Below are positions 1 through 12,100 of a stretch of DNA of 64,000 bases, piece by piece. Made by a program: the position numbers and the translations under genes. Source of the DNA: Phoronis australis (taxonomy: Eukaryota; Animalia; Phoronida); contig NMRA01000406.1 in the NCBI GenBank assembly GCA_002633005.1, positions 66,862-130,861 of the forward strand, in the 5' to 3' direction. The first letter of the stretch is position 1. Every line of letters starts with the position of its first letter. The notes beneath the pieces are model-generated. The model did no database searches and had not been told where the DNA came from. It worked only from the letters and a program-made list of their open reading frames with translations.

Positions 1-2033
1 TGGTTATATCTAGGGTAAATCACCAGTTGGGTTGCTTAGAGTGCACATGACTGGTTATATCCAAGGTTATGGTAAAAATTCTTTAATTTGAGACAGTCAT
101 TAGAATTTGGGATGCGGAAACTCTTGCAAAAATTGAAAAGTGGGTAATTTTGCCATCTTTATGGTGATTTTTGAAATTGGTACAACGAATGTTGCCTGTT
201 TCTAGAATTTGGGACAAGCTCTGACCATGAGCAAAATAATTAATTCTTCACAAGTCTCACATTGAAGAATTTTTACCATAGTTACATGACAACAGTTCTA
301 TTGTTAGTTGTTGAGAATCAGTTGCTTGCTTACATAAAACTGTTTTTCATCAAAAGCAAAGGCCTGGAATAAACAGGAAGATTGAGGATACACAGTCAAT
401 ACATTGCACTAGGCTTTCAAAGAATTTTCAGTACTGACCAATAAATTATTAAGAATAGCTCATAACAGTTATAGTCAAAAATTTCTGTGAGAGATGAGTC
501 AACTCAGTATCTCTTTTACTCTCCTTCCAACTTTCTTCTGGAGTCAACAGAAAACATTAACAAGAGCAACGCAGAGCGTTGAAATGCGCCCACAATTGCA
601 CCGCATACGGTATCCTTCTAGGGTTGTTACCATAAAGTGGCCAGTAGAGGGCATACAGTGTTGTATATGTAGTATGTTGTACTTTGCAAAATGGAAAGGC
701 ATGGTCATTGTCTCCTCAATAGGCTAGGGGCAAAATGTGAGTAATCTTCATAATACAAGCACATCCTATACACCAGTTGCTTAAAGCACCACAGAAACAT
801 AGAATTAAAAACAAATTTACCAACATACGAGATTAGCACAGCATTAGAATGCCAGAAACAAATTTCTACTTGGAACTTTTCCTTCACAGTCACGAAGTAA
901 CACAAAGTATACACCTGAAGACCTATGAAAATACAGAGGTCAATGTAAAATACTAAAATTGCCACTAGAGGCAAATACTAAAATTGCCACTAGAGGCANN
1001 NNNNNNNNNNNNNNNNNNNNNNNNNNNNNNNNNNNNNNNNNNNNNNNNNNNNNNNNNNNNNNNNNNNNNNNNNNNNNNNNNNNNNNNNNNNNNNNNNNNN
1101 NNNNNNNNNNNNNNNNNNNNNNNNNNNNNNNNNNNNNNNCCCCCCCCCCCCCGTCTACAGGGGAACAATCCCCTATGGGCAGACCAGCTTAAGGCATGCA
1201 AGGTGTACAGCACAATAATACTTACAAAAATGGGAAGATGCTAAAGGGGTATTAAATAATAGGCACTTGAAGCATTCTACGACAGACATTAATTACATAG
1301 GTTATGGCAAACTACAAAGCACAGATAGGATAAGTTAAAGCTAGTTTCCTGAGCTCATTTACACAATTTCAGTGTTTTCTGAATTTTACTTCAAATTTCC
1401 CATGCAACTGACCACTCATGTCACTTGCATTGTCAGTGACCACGGTGACCAGTTGGTTGTTAGAGTGCACATAAATGGTTATATCTAGGGTAAATGACCA
1501 GTTGGGTTGCTTAGAGTGCACATGACTGGTTATATCCAAGGTTATGGTGAAAATTCTTTAATTTGAGACAGTCATTAGAATTTGGGATGCGGAAACTCTT
1601 GCAAAAATTGAAAAGTGGGTAATTTTGCCATCTTTATGGTGATTTTTGAAATTGGTACAACGAATGTTGCCTGTTTCTAGAATTTGGGACAAGCTCTGAC
1701 CTTGAGCAAAATAATTAATTCTTCACAGGTCCCCCATTGAAGAATTTTTACCATAGTTACATGACAACAGTTCTATTGTTAGTTGTTAAGAATCAGTTGC
1801 TTGCTTACATAAAACTGTTTTTCATCAAAAGCAAAGGCCTGGAATAAACAGGAAGATTGAGGATACACAGTCAATACATTGCACTAGGCTTTCAAAGAAT
1901 TTTCAGTACTGACCAATAAATTATTAACAATAGCTCATAACAGTAACAGTCAAAAATTTCTGTGAGAGATGAGTCACTCAGTATCTCTTTTACTCTCCTT
2001 CCAACTTTCTTTTGGAGTCAACAGAAAACATTA
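1..2033. repeat. Duplication 1-560 and 1476-2033 on either side of gap 999-1139
   Basis: Near-identical sequence with scattered substitutions. Confidence 0.9.
559..998. mobile_element. HINE-like element end, cut by assembly gap
   Basis: AACAAGAGCAACGCAGAGCGTTGAAATGCGCCCACA nearly identical to 15638. Confidence 0.7.
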
Positions 2034-3100
2034 AAAAGCATAGCTGGTCTTTTTCCAACTCATTTTGAGACCTGCACTTACTGACTCAACGAAGCGACTG
2101 ACTGCATCAATTTCAGGCAGTGTCCAAGTCTTTTTTGGAAAAGCTGCAAAAAGGCACTTAAGAAAGTTTTGAAACATGACTTGCCATGTAGCATAACTAT
2201 CTGACATAAATCTGTTTAATGCTCAAATGATTAACCTTACAACACATATATTGCATTTGTGCTCTGTTATGTATAATAAGCATCCTGCTTAGTTCAGATT
2301 CTCTTCATTCTTTGTGCCACCCGCCAATTCTTTTTGCTGCCTTCCCTCAGTCGAGGCTGCAACTTTATCGATGTGCCCCCTCCCCCCACCCCAAAATTAG
2401 GCCACTGTGTCCAACCAGTGTGTTTTGTTCCAAAATTGCCTCATGACAGCTGCGTTAAGTAAAACTATCATTCAATGAAGTGTTATATGAGCATGGATCA
2501 AAAGTACATTGTTCTGAGTAGTCACTGAATCTTGTTGGAAAACCTGCTGCTCTGAAGGACAATTTTTTATCACTATTTGATACTGGATTGTGATGCCATT
2601 CCAATATGGTTGCTGTCACCTATGACAATCAAAGACCAATCACCACAAGCCCAATGCCTCAACGAACACTGTTGCATTATGGGCTTGGACAGGGTAACTA
2701 GTCCCTGAGGTGGCTTAGAATTTTCAGGCAGTTTTAAATGATGGGTGTCGTTCGCATAATAAAGGCTTTTTGAAATTGACATACAAGGTTGGTGAATGCA
2801 GGTCTGTGTGAACCCTGCTCTTAGTCCAGCAACTGTCACAGTTGGACTGTGTAAGTAAACACACTAGCTTAAGATCTTGGCTGAGAAGGTAATTGATTTA
2901 TTACCCCTTACAGGTGCCCCCAGTCCAACCCTCCAGAAAACGATTAGAGTTGAGCATCATTTGTTCGCCTTAGATGGATTTTTTTAAAAAAGTGAGTGAC
3001 AAAAAAATCTTTACCACCAATTCGATTTTCAAAAAAAAACAGGCTGTAACCAACCATGCTGTCTTACCAAGTATCCAGACTTTGTTAAAGGTATACTCAC

Positions 3101-3181
3101 TAGGAAATCCTTGTCAAACACTTCCACAACTACAGGGGGTGGTTCTTTCACAATGTAGTCCAGGTTAAAGTGATATATAAT
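3101..3181 (-). CDS. OTOF: Otoferlin-like C2D exon (81 nt)
   Basis: [18 protein letters not shown], similar to LRDDPPIIVIEIYDQDSM; tttcag|..|gtgagt. Confidence 0.9.
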
Positions 3182-6100
3182 CTGAAACCATCAATCTCGC
3201 AATATTAACCCCAATAACGAATCACTTTCTTTTCGGTTCCATTATCTTGTACAGAACTACGGAATAAAGTGTTATCAAAAGGTTCCATTAACTTACACAG
3301 CGCTGTGCTAGAGCAGCAGTATCACACTTGTTTTACATAAGACTTTCTGAAACTTTATGAACAAATGGCCACAGGATAGGTGTAGTAGATACTTTCTAGG
3401 CAACATCAAATAGCACTCGCTCATGTATAAAACATTGCAACACCAGTTAAAATTAAAACACGTCTGTAAAAGTCAGCTATTGTTAGGTATTTCTTCTAAT
3501 TGAACAATTCTCTAAGAAATCCACAAAAAATTAAAACAATTCCAAATCTTTTTAAACTTTATAAGACTTTCATGACATTTTACTACCCTCATCTCTTAAC
3601 AAATTTCAGGAGTGATTTATGTGTAGGATCAACACCTACTTGTGTACTTCAACACATAAAAACCTTGCTGCTCCAGGTTTCATAACGTACTTTATTCAAA
3701 ACAACAGTCTCGTTCCAAGTGGGACATAGGGTGGCCCTCAAGTAGTGTGACCGTCCACTGGCCTTGCCGCAGAACACACGCACGTACGGGTCTGATAGTC
3801 CAGTTTCATCTGAACCCAAAAGGCTGCGCGCCTGGTACAGGTGGGCACGAAGCTGGAACTTGTGGCAATCTACACAGGTGAAGAAGACAAGATAGTTATG
3901 AGATTATTTTATAACTCAAGTTCAAATTCGAAAGAAAAATAGCGAGAATTTTTACAGATGAGCACTGCTGTAGTGTTACTGACTTAAGAGCTTCCTCATA
4001 TTTAAGGAAAAGTTGAGGAAATTCTTGACCAGATAAGGAAATTTTCAATAGATATTTTTTCTTAAGATAAGGAAAAACTTAAAGGAAATTGTCTGAAGAT
4101 AAGGAAAAACAACAAAACTTGTGAAGAATCTTATCTTATAAAGGAAACTCACATCAGGGTACAAGAATTACAAGTAACCAAAAGATGGCATACTCAAGTG
4201 ATATACTCATGCAGCCACAATGTGCTGAGCCTGATGCAAGCAGCTCATCAAATCAATACCAAAACATACAGTCACAGTGTAATGAGCCGATTGTGTGCAG
4301 CTCCCAACAACAACACTATTACATACAACCATAGTGTGCTGAGCGTGATGTGGACAACTCCTAAAGACAACACTTATTACATACAACCATAGAGTGTGTT
4401 GAGCCTGATGTGGGCAACTCATCAAGTCAGCACCAACACGAGGTCACAGTGTGCTGAGCCTGACATGTGCAGCACATCAACTCAGCACCAACACATGAAG
4501 CCACAGTGTGCTGAGCTAGATAAAGTGTGCAGTTCATCAACTCAGCACCAACACGTGAAGCCCCGTGTGCTGAGCCTGATGTATGCAGCTCATCAAATCA
4601 ACATCAACACATACGGCCACAGTGTAATGAGCCGGATGTGTGGAAACAACTGTTACACTACTACACAATAGCTACAGAGTGCGACACATAAAGTCAGCAC
4701 TAACACATGCAGGACCAAATGCACTCTGGTTCAGTGAGTATACTATATCACGGTAACACACTTCAACATATAGTATGTACCGTAGTCCGATGAGACTGTC
4801 TAGTAGATCTTTGCACAAATTTGACAAATACAAGTTAGAGTGAAAACTGCAGCAGGACATACACATGTGAGACACACAGCAAACATATAGACTCACCTTC
4901 ATCTGGAGGCAAAACAAAATATATAAAGCTTTACATTGAGTGTTCCATGAGTTAAAAATTTTGTAATATAAACCAACTAACTGGTTACCTTCAGTAACAA
5001 GGGTAGGACTTCTTCAAATGTCATTTAAAATACAACTCGTCAACACAAGAAACAATATATTTTTCGAATCTTTAATGATCACAAAAACCAACAGTGTACA
5101 CGAAGCTAATGCATTTAGTCTTTGTACTCAGGTAATTGCACTCTTCCTTAAAAAATGTGATTTTCCAACTTCACAGTGGCTAAGTCACTGCCACGTCTAT
5201 GTGACAAATGTTGCATTAGATGCAATCAGGTGTCTGGAAAAATTCACAAGGCCTATTTAAGGCCAAAAACCCAGTTGTCAAAAATCATGATTCAGTCGCT
5301 TTTTTCAAAGAAATGATACTTGGTAGCAGAGGTATCACTTTACCTTTAATTTATTTTCATTATCATAGTACACACAAGCAATGGTCAGACCAGGTTTAAC
5401 ACCTTTTGTACTTGCATTACGTAGACCATGAATGTGTAATTTACATCTACATGACAGTAATGTTAACATGACATAACAAAGCACGCAATGTTACTCTGAA
5501 GTTGTAGAAATAAACTTTTAAACTAAGCATTATTAAGGGGGAAACCATCTCATTACCAAATACTTCAAAAACTTTTACCATGTACAAAAACCCTAACAAA
5601 GCAAACTGAATTACAACTGCTTAATAAGCCCCTGTAACACAGGAAATCTTTGGTGCAAGTGACCAATGTGTGTGACCCAGGTTCTAGGTGCTGTTTTTCG
5701 GGCACACTGTAGGCATTTGAGTGTGCTTGGAGTTCAGGTTTCACAGAAACGGTTTTTGTGTATGGTAAGTTTTAGCTGTGTATGGTAAGGGTGGTTTCCA
5801 GCCCATGGTTGTGGTAAAGTGGAACTTGTACGCTAATTCCTTATCTCTGTGATTGTTTGGTATTACAACATATAGCAACGATGTGAATATAATTGCCACA
5901 TGTTTTTAAGAACAACTTTTGCGTCGAAAATGATCCGCCGTAAATCACTCAACCGTGTCCAGCAAGTATCGTGATGTGGTGTTGGGGAACAGATTTTTTT
6001 ATTTAGACATTTACAAGCTGTCATTGAATACCATTGCACTTCATTTAGCATAGGTGATGTTTGATTGTCACATGTCATTTAGTTTCTGCTATACATTAGC

Positions 6101-9100
6101 ATAGTTAGGAGAATGTAAATACATCAGATTCTTTAAATTGCTAAGACTTACAGTATAATCCACTCAATGTCCAGCCCTAAAAAGACAGTGTGATCAGAGA
6201 ATAAGGGATTATTGACTTTGGAAATCTGAATAAAATGCCATTTACCCAAAAATGACCCAAAAATCAGGTGCCTTTAAATAGAACATCTATAACACAGGAA
6301 ATTAGGAAAAAGACTTTGAAGGCGGTCGCTAAGCTATGGTGTAACAGTTGATTCAATAGTTACTACATTGATTTCATAAAATAATGATAAGTGTGACTTG
6401 ACTGTCGCATAAATTAACTTAATATGGTTTATATGAGACAAATCCTACGCTAATGTTTGAGGTTTTATTGTTCCAATGCCTAACCCAGACTGTGACAAAC
6501 TCGTTTTAATCGATTCACAAATTAATGTTCCTGACTCAGCCACGATTCTGAAGAAAAAATATTTGCCAACTTCTCTCATAATGCACAGATTTTAAAAATT
6601 CAAAGACAGCTTTTATTTACTTCAATTCTAAAAACGGTCATGTTGATGGTTTGCCTTTTGTTTGTTTTTTTTGACTTTGAAACTCATACGCTAACAGGCA
6701 TGTTGGTTTATAGCCGCAATTATCTCATCCAACACATTCAGCCATGCCCATGAACAGCGACTAGCTCAAATCAATCCATGACTCTGCCCTCAAGCTTTTG
6801 ATGTGCCGAGGACTTCGCTGGATACTCTGGAGTAAACAGTGCACGCGTTCTCCTCCACCAGTGTGCAAATCCTGTTAGCGCAAGATTTGCCTAATGAAAT
6901 CAAAGCAACTCTATAACTGAATTACTTATTTCCCAGTAAACTGGTTTACCAACCATCATACTAGGGTAGAGTTGCTGACCCTCCTGCGCCTTTTGCCAAC
7001 CAACAGTTATCGTCGGAAGCAGGCAACAACTGCAGTGAAAATATGCTGAAAACCAGAAAGCCCAAAAAGTTCAGACTCGTCTGCCAAATGAATAAACTTC
7101 GCATGCTATGAACATTCCCACTAAATAAAATTGGTTCTAACCCCGGTGTGTAAGGTAAACGGCGGGGTATGGAAAATTGAACTAGACCGTATTTATCCAC
7201 CTTGGCTGAGACGCGCTCGGCTCATGCTCAAAGGGATGCCGCGAAGCTGCTCTATTCATCGAGTCACGAGCGAGGATAATTGACTTCGCTCATGCGGATA
7301 TGATCAGCTGATTACAGTCTAGCCTAACAACTGTACTTTTTATGGAGAGAATTTTACGTAGTTTTTACTGTAATATTTGAAAAGAGGAGCGAAAACAAAT
7401 ACGAATACAACTTTGAATTTTTCAAATCGGCCCAGGATAAGAGATTTTGCAACACAGAAACACTCACGATTACTTTCATTCGGCGCGCACGAATACAAAA
7501 ATATAGGACCCAAGTTAGGATTGTATAAATGTAGAACTACTCCGTGTGTTATTTAGGTTTTGGAAAAAATGCATTTTAATACTCAAAATACGTTTTGTAT
7601 AGCTATTACAAGCTCTAAAACGACTTTGTGTAATTTCATTGAGATCGTTCTTTGTCATCCGTCAAACCGGAAACTTCCGAGATGTGACTCTGCGAGCGCA
7701 CTCACCTTGCACGTTACAGCCGTTTAAGTGAAAAACAATCTAGTAAACGCCATTTTCTTGCATAATCCTCCGCCTTTTGTAACAAAAAAGTCTATCGTCG
7801 ATGACCCGCACACGCACGCTCACTCACTCTCATACGCAGACGACCTTCAAAACAAACGTCACGTGACAACAACATGTGTGTTCATCCAGAGATTTTTCTC
7901 GTGTTGTGGAGTACGATGTAGCGCACATTTGGACTTAATCGCAATTAATCTGGACTCCACAGGAACTTTAAAAATTGTAAAACATCAGGAAGATTTCAGG
8001 TAATTTGTTGAGTCGAAACTATATTTTTATTCAAGAGTACAAGTTTTCCTATTGACGATCGCGATTCAGCGACGCATCAGTCGGCAAGTTTTCGCCCTGT
8101 GATGAGCACAATTTTTTGAAAAATTATCGTAATTTAACAACGGAAGTTGATAGCAATGCACCACAATTTTGTAGAAAGGCTGTCATAGGCTACAAATACG
8201 TCACAGAGCGTAAATTTGATGAATCCTAGCTTCCGATTTTACCCGTTTGGGAAACCGGGTTTCAACTGCCGTAGGCTCACTACAATAAGCGTCCCCTCCC
8301 CGTGAAATGAATTTTTCTAAGCGTTTGTTTGAGCCAATACAGTATACAGCTTTCCACCAAGGCTAGGTGATGCAAGACATTATTACTTGTTCTTTGTTGC
8401 ATTATAGTAACTGGTCTTGGCTAATTATCATTTTATGGCTTGGTCATCCATTCAGCCAAAAGTAGTTCCAGAGGTGGCTTATCAGCCAATTATTCACGCA
8501 TGCTGACTCACAATAGAAGCCTGATAAGAGTGAAGGTGGATAAATGTGGTGTGCCTACAGTTTCTTGTTTTAGTGGATGTGTTCACGACATGTGCAATCA
8601 TACAACCCATTGTCTTAATTTACTTTGATATTTTCCTAAAACAGAATTTACCAAATAAAAGTAAATCTAAAACTCAAATCACAATATACATATGGAGTGC
8701 TTTGAGAATTAACTAGTAGAAGAATGATTAGTTCAAGATGATATTGGAGGTGCCGGCCAATATTTTTGATACTTCCCGCCGTTCAAATGCTACAAAAGGG
8801 GAAATGGTAGAAGAAAGCTGTTGGACAACATGTGATGCACATCTAGCAAAGGATTGCAGTGCAAACATAAGATGGGGGCACCCAGAAGACTAGGGGTGAT
8901 TTTCATAAAGAACTCAAAAATCTAAATAAATACAAAAAAATCTTAGGAATGAACCTTTTTAATAAAATTCAAATTTTAAACCTGTCCATACCTGCATAAA
9001 CAAGTTCTTTTGGTGGATTGGCATTCACGTCAGTCATTGATTTAGCAATGGTAGTGGTCTGAACATATCCAGATGGCAGTCCTTTCATGTAACTTGACCG

Positions 9101-12100
9101 ATGTTTGTTGAGGCCCAGCCACAGGTAAACAAACAGTTTGGCCTGAAGAACCCAACCCTTTTTCTGTGTGGCGTCTTTACCAGCCAACTGGACAAATCAA
9201 TGATATTGGAATACCAGAAAATAAACAACATCATTGGTACACCAGAAAATAACAATCATTATAGGTATACTGCAAGATGAAAACATTATAAGTATACCAG
9301 ATGACAAACAACAATATGGGTATACCAAATGATAACCAATGTTTAGAGGTGTACGAGATAATAAACTATAATCTATGTTATTGGTAATTCCAAACGATAA
9401 ACTGAAAAGTGATAATTAGGTAAACAGAGCCATCGTGATGGTTCATAGAAATCCCGACTTTCCATTTTCAAAAACAGAAAAATTTCTATAATTTTTTTCA
9501 AATGTAATGGCAAATAAAGTTTTAATTTAAAAGGGATAAGTAGCTGGGGAGTTGCTTTTAATTTTCTTCTACCAATAACATGCTACAAGCCATGTTGTTT
9601 ATGTAGATTATATACTGGTTCATGCAGCCAAAGACACTGCCAATGTCAAATCCAACACAGTCCGTCATTGGCTCATTGCAAACACTGAGGTCACAGCATG
9701 TAAAACTCAGCAACGTCATGTACATTTTTTTAAAATGATATCAAAGAAAGCGGCATGGTAAACGGAGAGTCATGAAATGTTCAAACCTAAGCTGATGTGG
9801 CATGAACAAAAGGAGAGATGTTCCTAACTTATTTAACACGAGTTGAAAGAACTTGTGATCAAACTGATCACCATTTTACCCACCACAGGTTTTGTGGAAA
9901 CGTTGATTTTCAATCTTCCAACTAAGAATGCGTACTTGCCGAAGTCCGACTGGAACCCGTTATATAACTGAAATCTGTTCACTCAATGATATCCGAAGGA
10001 TGTTGTTTGGCAAGTGAGTGGAAATTTTCAAGAACTCGTTATACTTTACATCTGTTTAGTAGATGAACTAAGGAATGCAATAAATTCTCGGAATCATGGT
10101 AACATTTGCAGTGTCTTTGCGACCACATTGTACCCTCTGCCTTCCCAATGAAGTTCAGTTTAAAAATATTGCAAGAAAACTTGCCAGTGAAATCCTATCT
10201 CAATAACCTAAGTTACCTTGAGCAGTAATATTTGCATTTTGCCACAATTCTTTCCCATTTCTTCATTCACGTTGGAAAAAAGAATCTCCCTCGATGGTAT
10301 CCGTACAGATGCCACACGCTTTCCAGCACAGATCATCCAAATGAAGACATCTGGCAAACCATGCTGAGGCTGTAAACACAGATATTCTATCATACATCTG
10401 GTCTCCAAACGAACACATTTCATTTTACCATACACATGGTCTCAAAAAGGGGAATATTTCATTTTACCTTACATTTGGTGTCCAAATGTCTACATTTCAT
10501 TTTATCTTACATTGGGTCATCAATGTCCCCGTTTCATTTTATCGTACATTAAGTCTCAAAATGTCCACATTTCATTTTACCTTTAACATTACGTCACCAA
10601 ATGTCTACATTTCATTTTACAATTAATAAACATTTTGGGCTCCACATTTCATTTTCTACTAATAAATGCAAGACTAGTGATAATAAATAGCGAACTTATC
10701 TAACTGGCTGCCTTACCAAGGATCAAGGTGTGACATGGATAATAGAATGGGGAAGACAAGAATAATGTACGGAAGCTTGCAGAGAACTGTGACTAGTGGC
10801 GATTTTTGTTTTCAGTTGGGAAGCTCTCATGGACTTGTGAAGAACTGTGAAATGTGTTACGACATCAACCCTTTGATAGAATAGTTGGCTATTCAGTAAC
10901 TATATATTTCAAATGACTTGTGGGATGAATGACTTGAAAAACCCGATGGTGGGTAGGTAACTTCTCGTGAAAGCTGGGTTTTGTAACTAATTGGAATAAA
11001 AAAGTTTCAAGGCATGACACATTCAAATGAAAGTAAAAGAATAGCTATGGACACAATTACGAGATATGTGTTAGACTATTTGTGTGTGTGTGTGTGTGCC
11101 TATTTGTTGATTTTTTGTTTTCGATGTACACATTTTCATAGACTAAGGGACATGTGTTCATATATTTATGTGGCCACATCTAATGAGATTGCAATATTTC
11201 CAACTCGTGCATTTGCAAACTTCAAACTACGTACCTGTCTTGACAATCAAAATCTTGAAAAGACCTACTCATAACAATTTCAATTCAAACAAAATACCTC
11301 AATGGCTATCTTCTTCATTTTCTTCCAGATTTTCCTGGTTTCTGCCAACATTTCCTTGACATTCATTTCCGTCACATCAATCCTCATCTTTCTAAGAGTC
11401 TTGCTGATCTTGCCCTGGATTACCAAATCTCCATATAACAAGTTAGTCATACTGTCTCAAGTAATACAACAGCGTTTCCTAATAAGACAATGATGTTTCC
11501 AAATAAAAGAACAATGTCTCTAAACAACAGAACAATACTTCCAAGTAACAGAATGGTTTTTCCAGGTAGCAGTAGAACAGTACTTCCAAGTGGCAGAATG
11601 ATGTCTTTCAGTAACAAGATGGTGTTCCAAAGAAACAGCATGAAGTTTCCCAGTAACAGAATGACGTCTCCAAATAATAGAATGAGGTTTCCAAGGAACA
11701 AAACTGTTCTTCCAATACCCACTCACCCCTCTCAGCAGTGCATGGATCGTCAACCCGTCATAGACTATACTCACCACTTTGCGGACATGCATAGTCAGGC
11801 GCTCTTTATCAAGAGGAGTGACCCCTGCCTGTTGATGACCTTGCTGCCTTGATATGGCATTGACAAAGGTATTACAGTCAGTGGAGACTTTCTGCATAAG
11901 ATCCTTCAACAAGATGTGAGGCTTATACTGCTCCACCTCTCTCTTGATGACCTCTTCTATCTCGTTAACACTCTTTTCCTGTCAGAATACAATCAATGTC
12001 TTGCCACTGAAACCTGGTTGTTCTAGTCAGACTACTGTCGACATGCCTGAAGCGTTGGTGTATATTAATTTGTATAATGTAATCAGGTTATACTGTCATG

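Noticed and set aside
2082-2143. Exon-like segment on minus strand (tttgcag|..|gtaagt; FPKKTWTLPEIDAVSRFVES, vaguely Myb/SANT-like)
   Set aside because: Does not match the expected next ferlin exon in phase 0, and is too short to assign.
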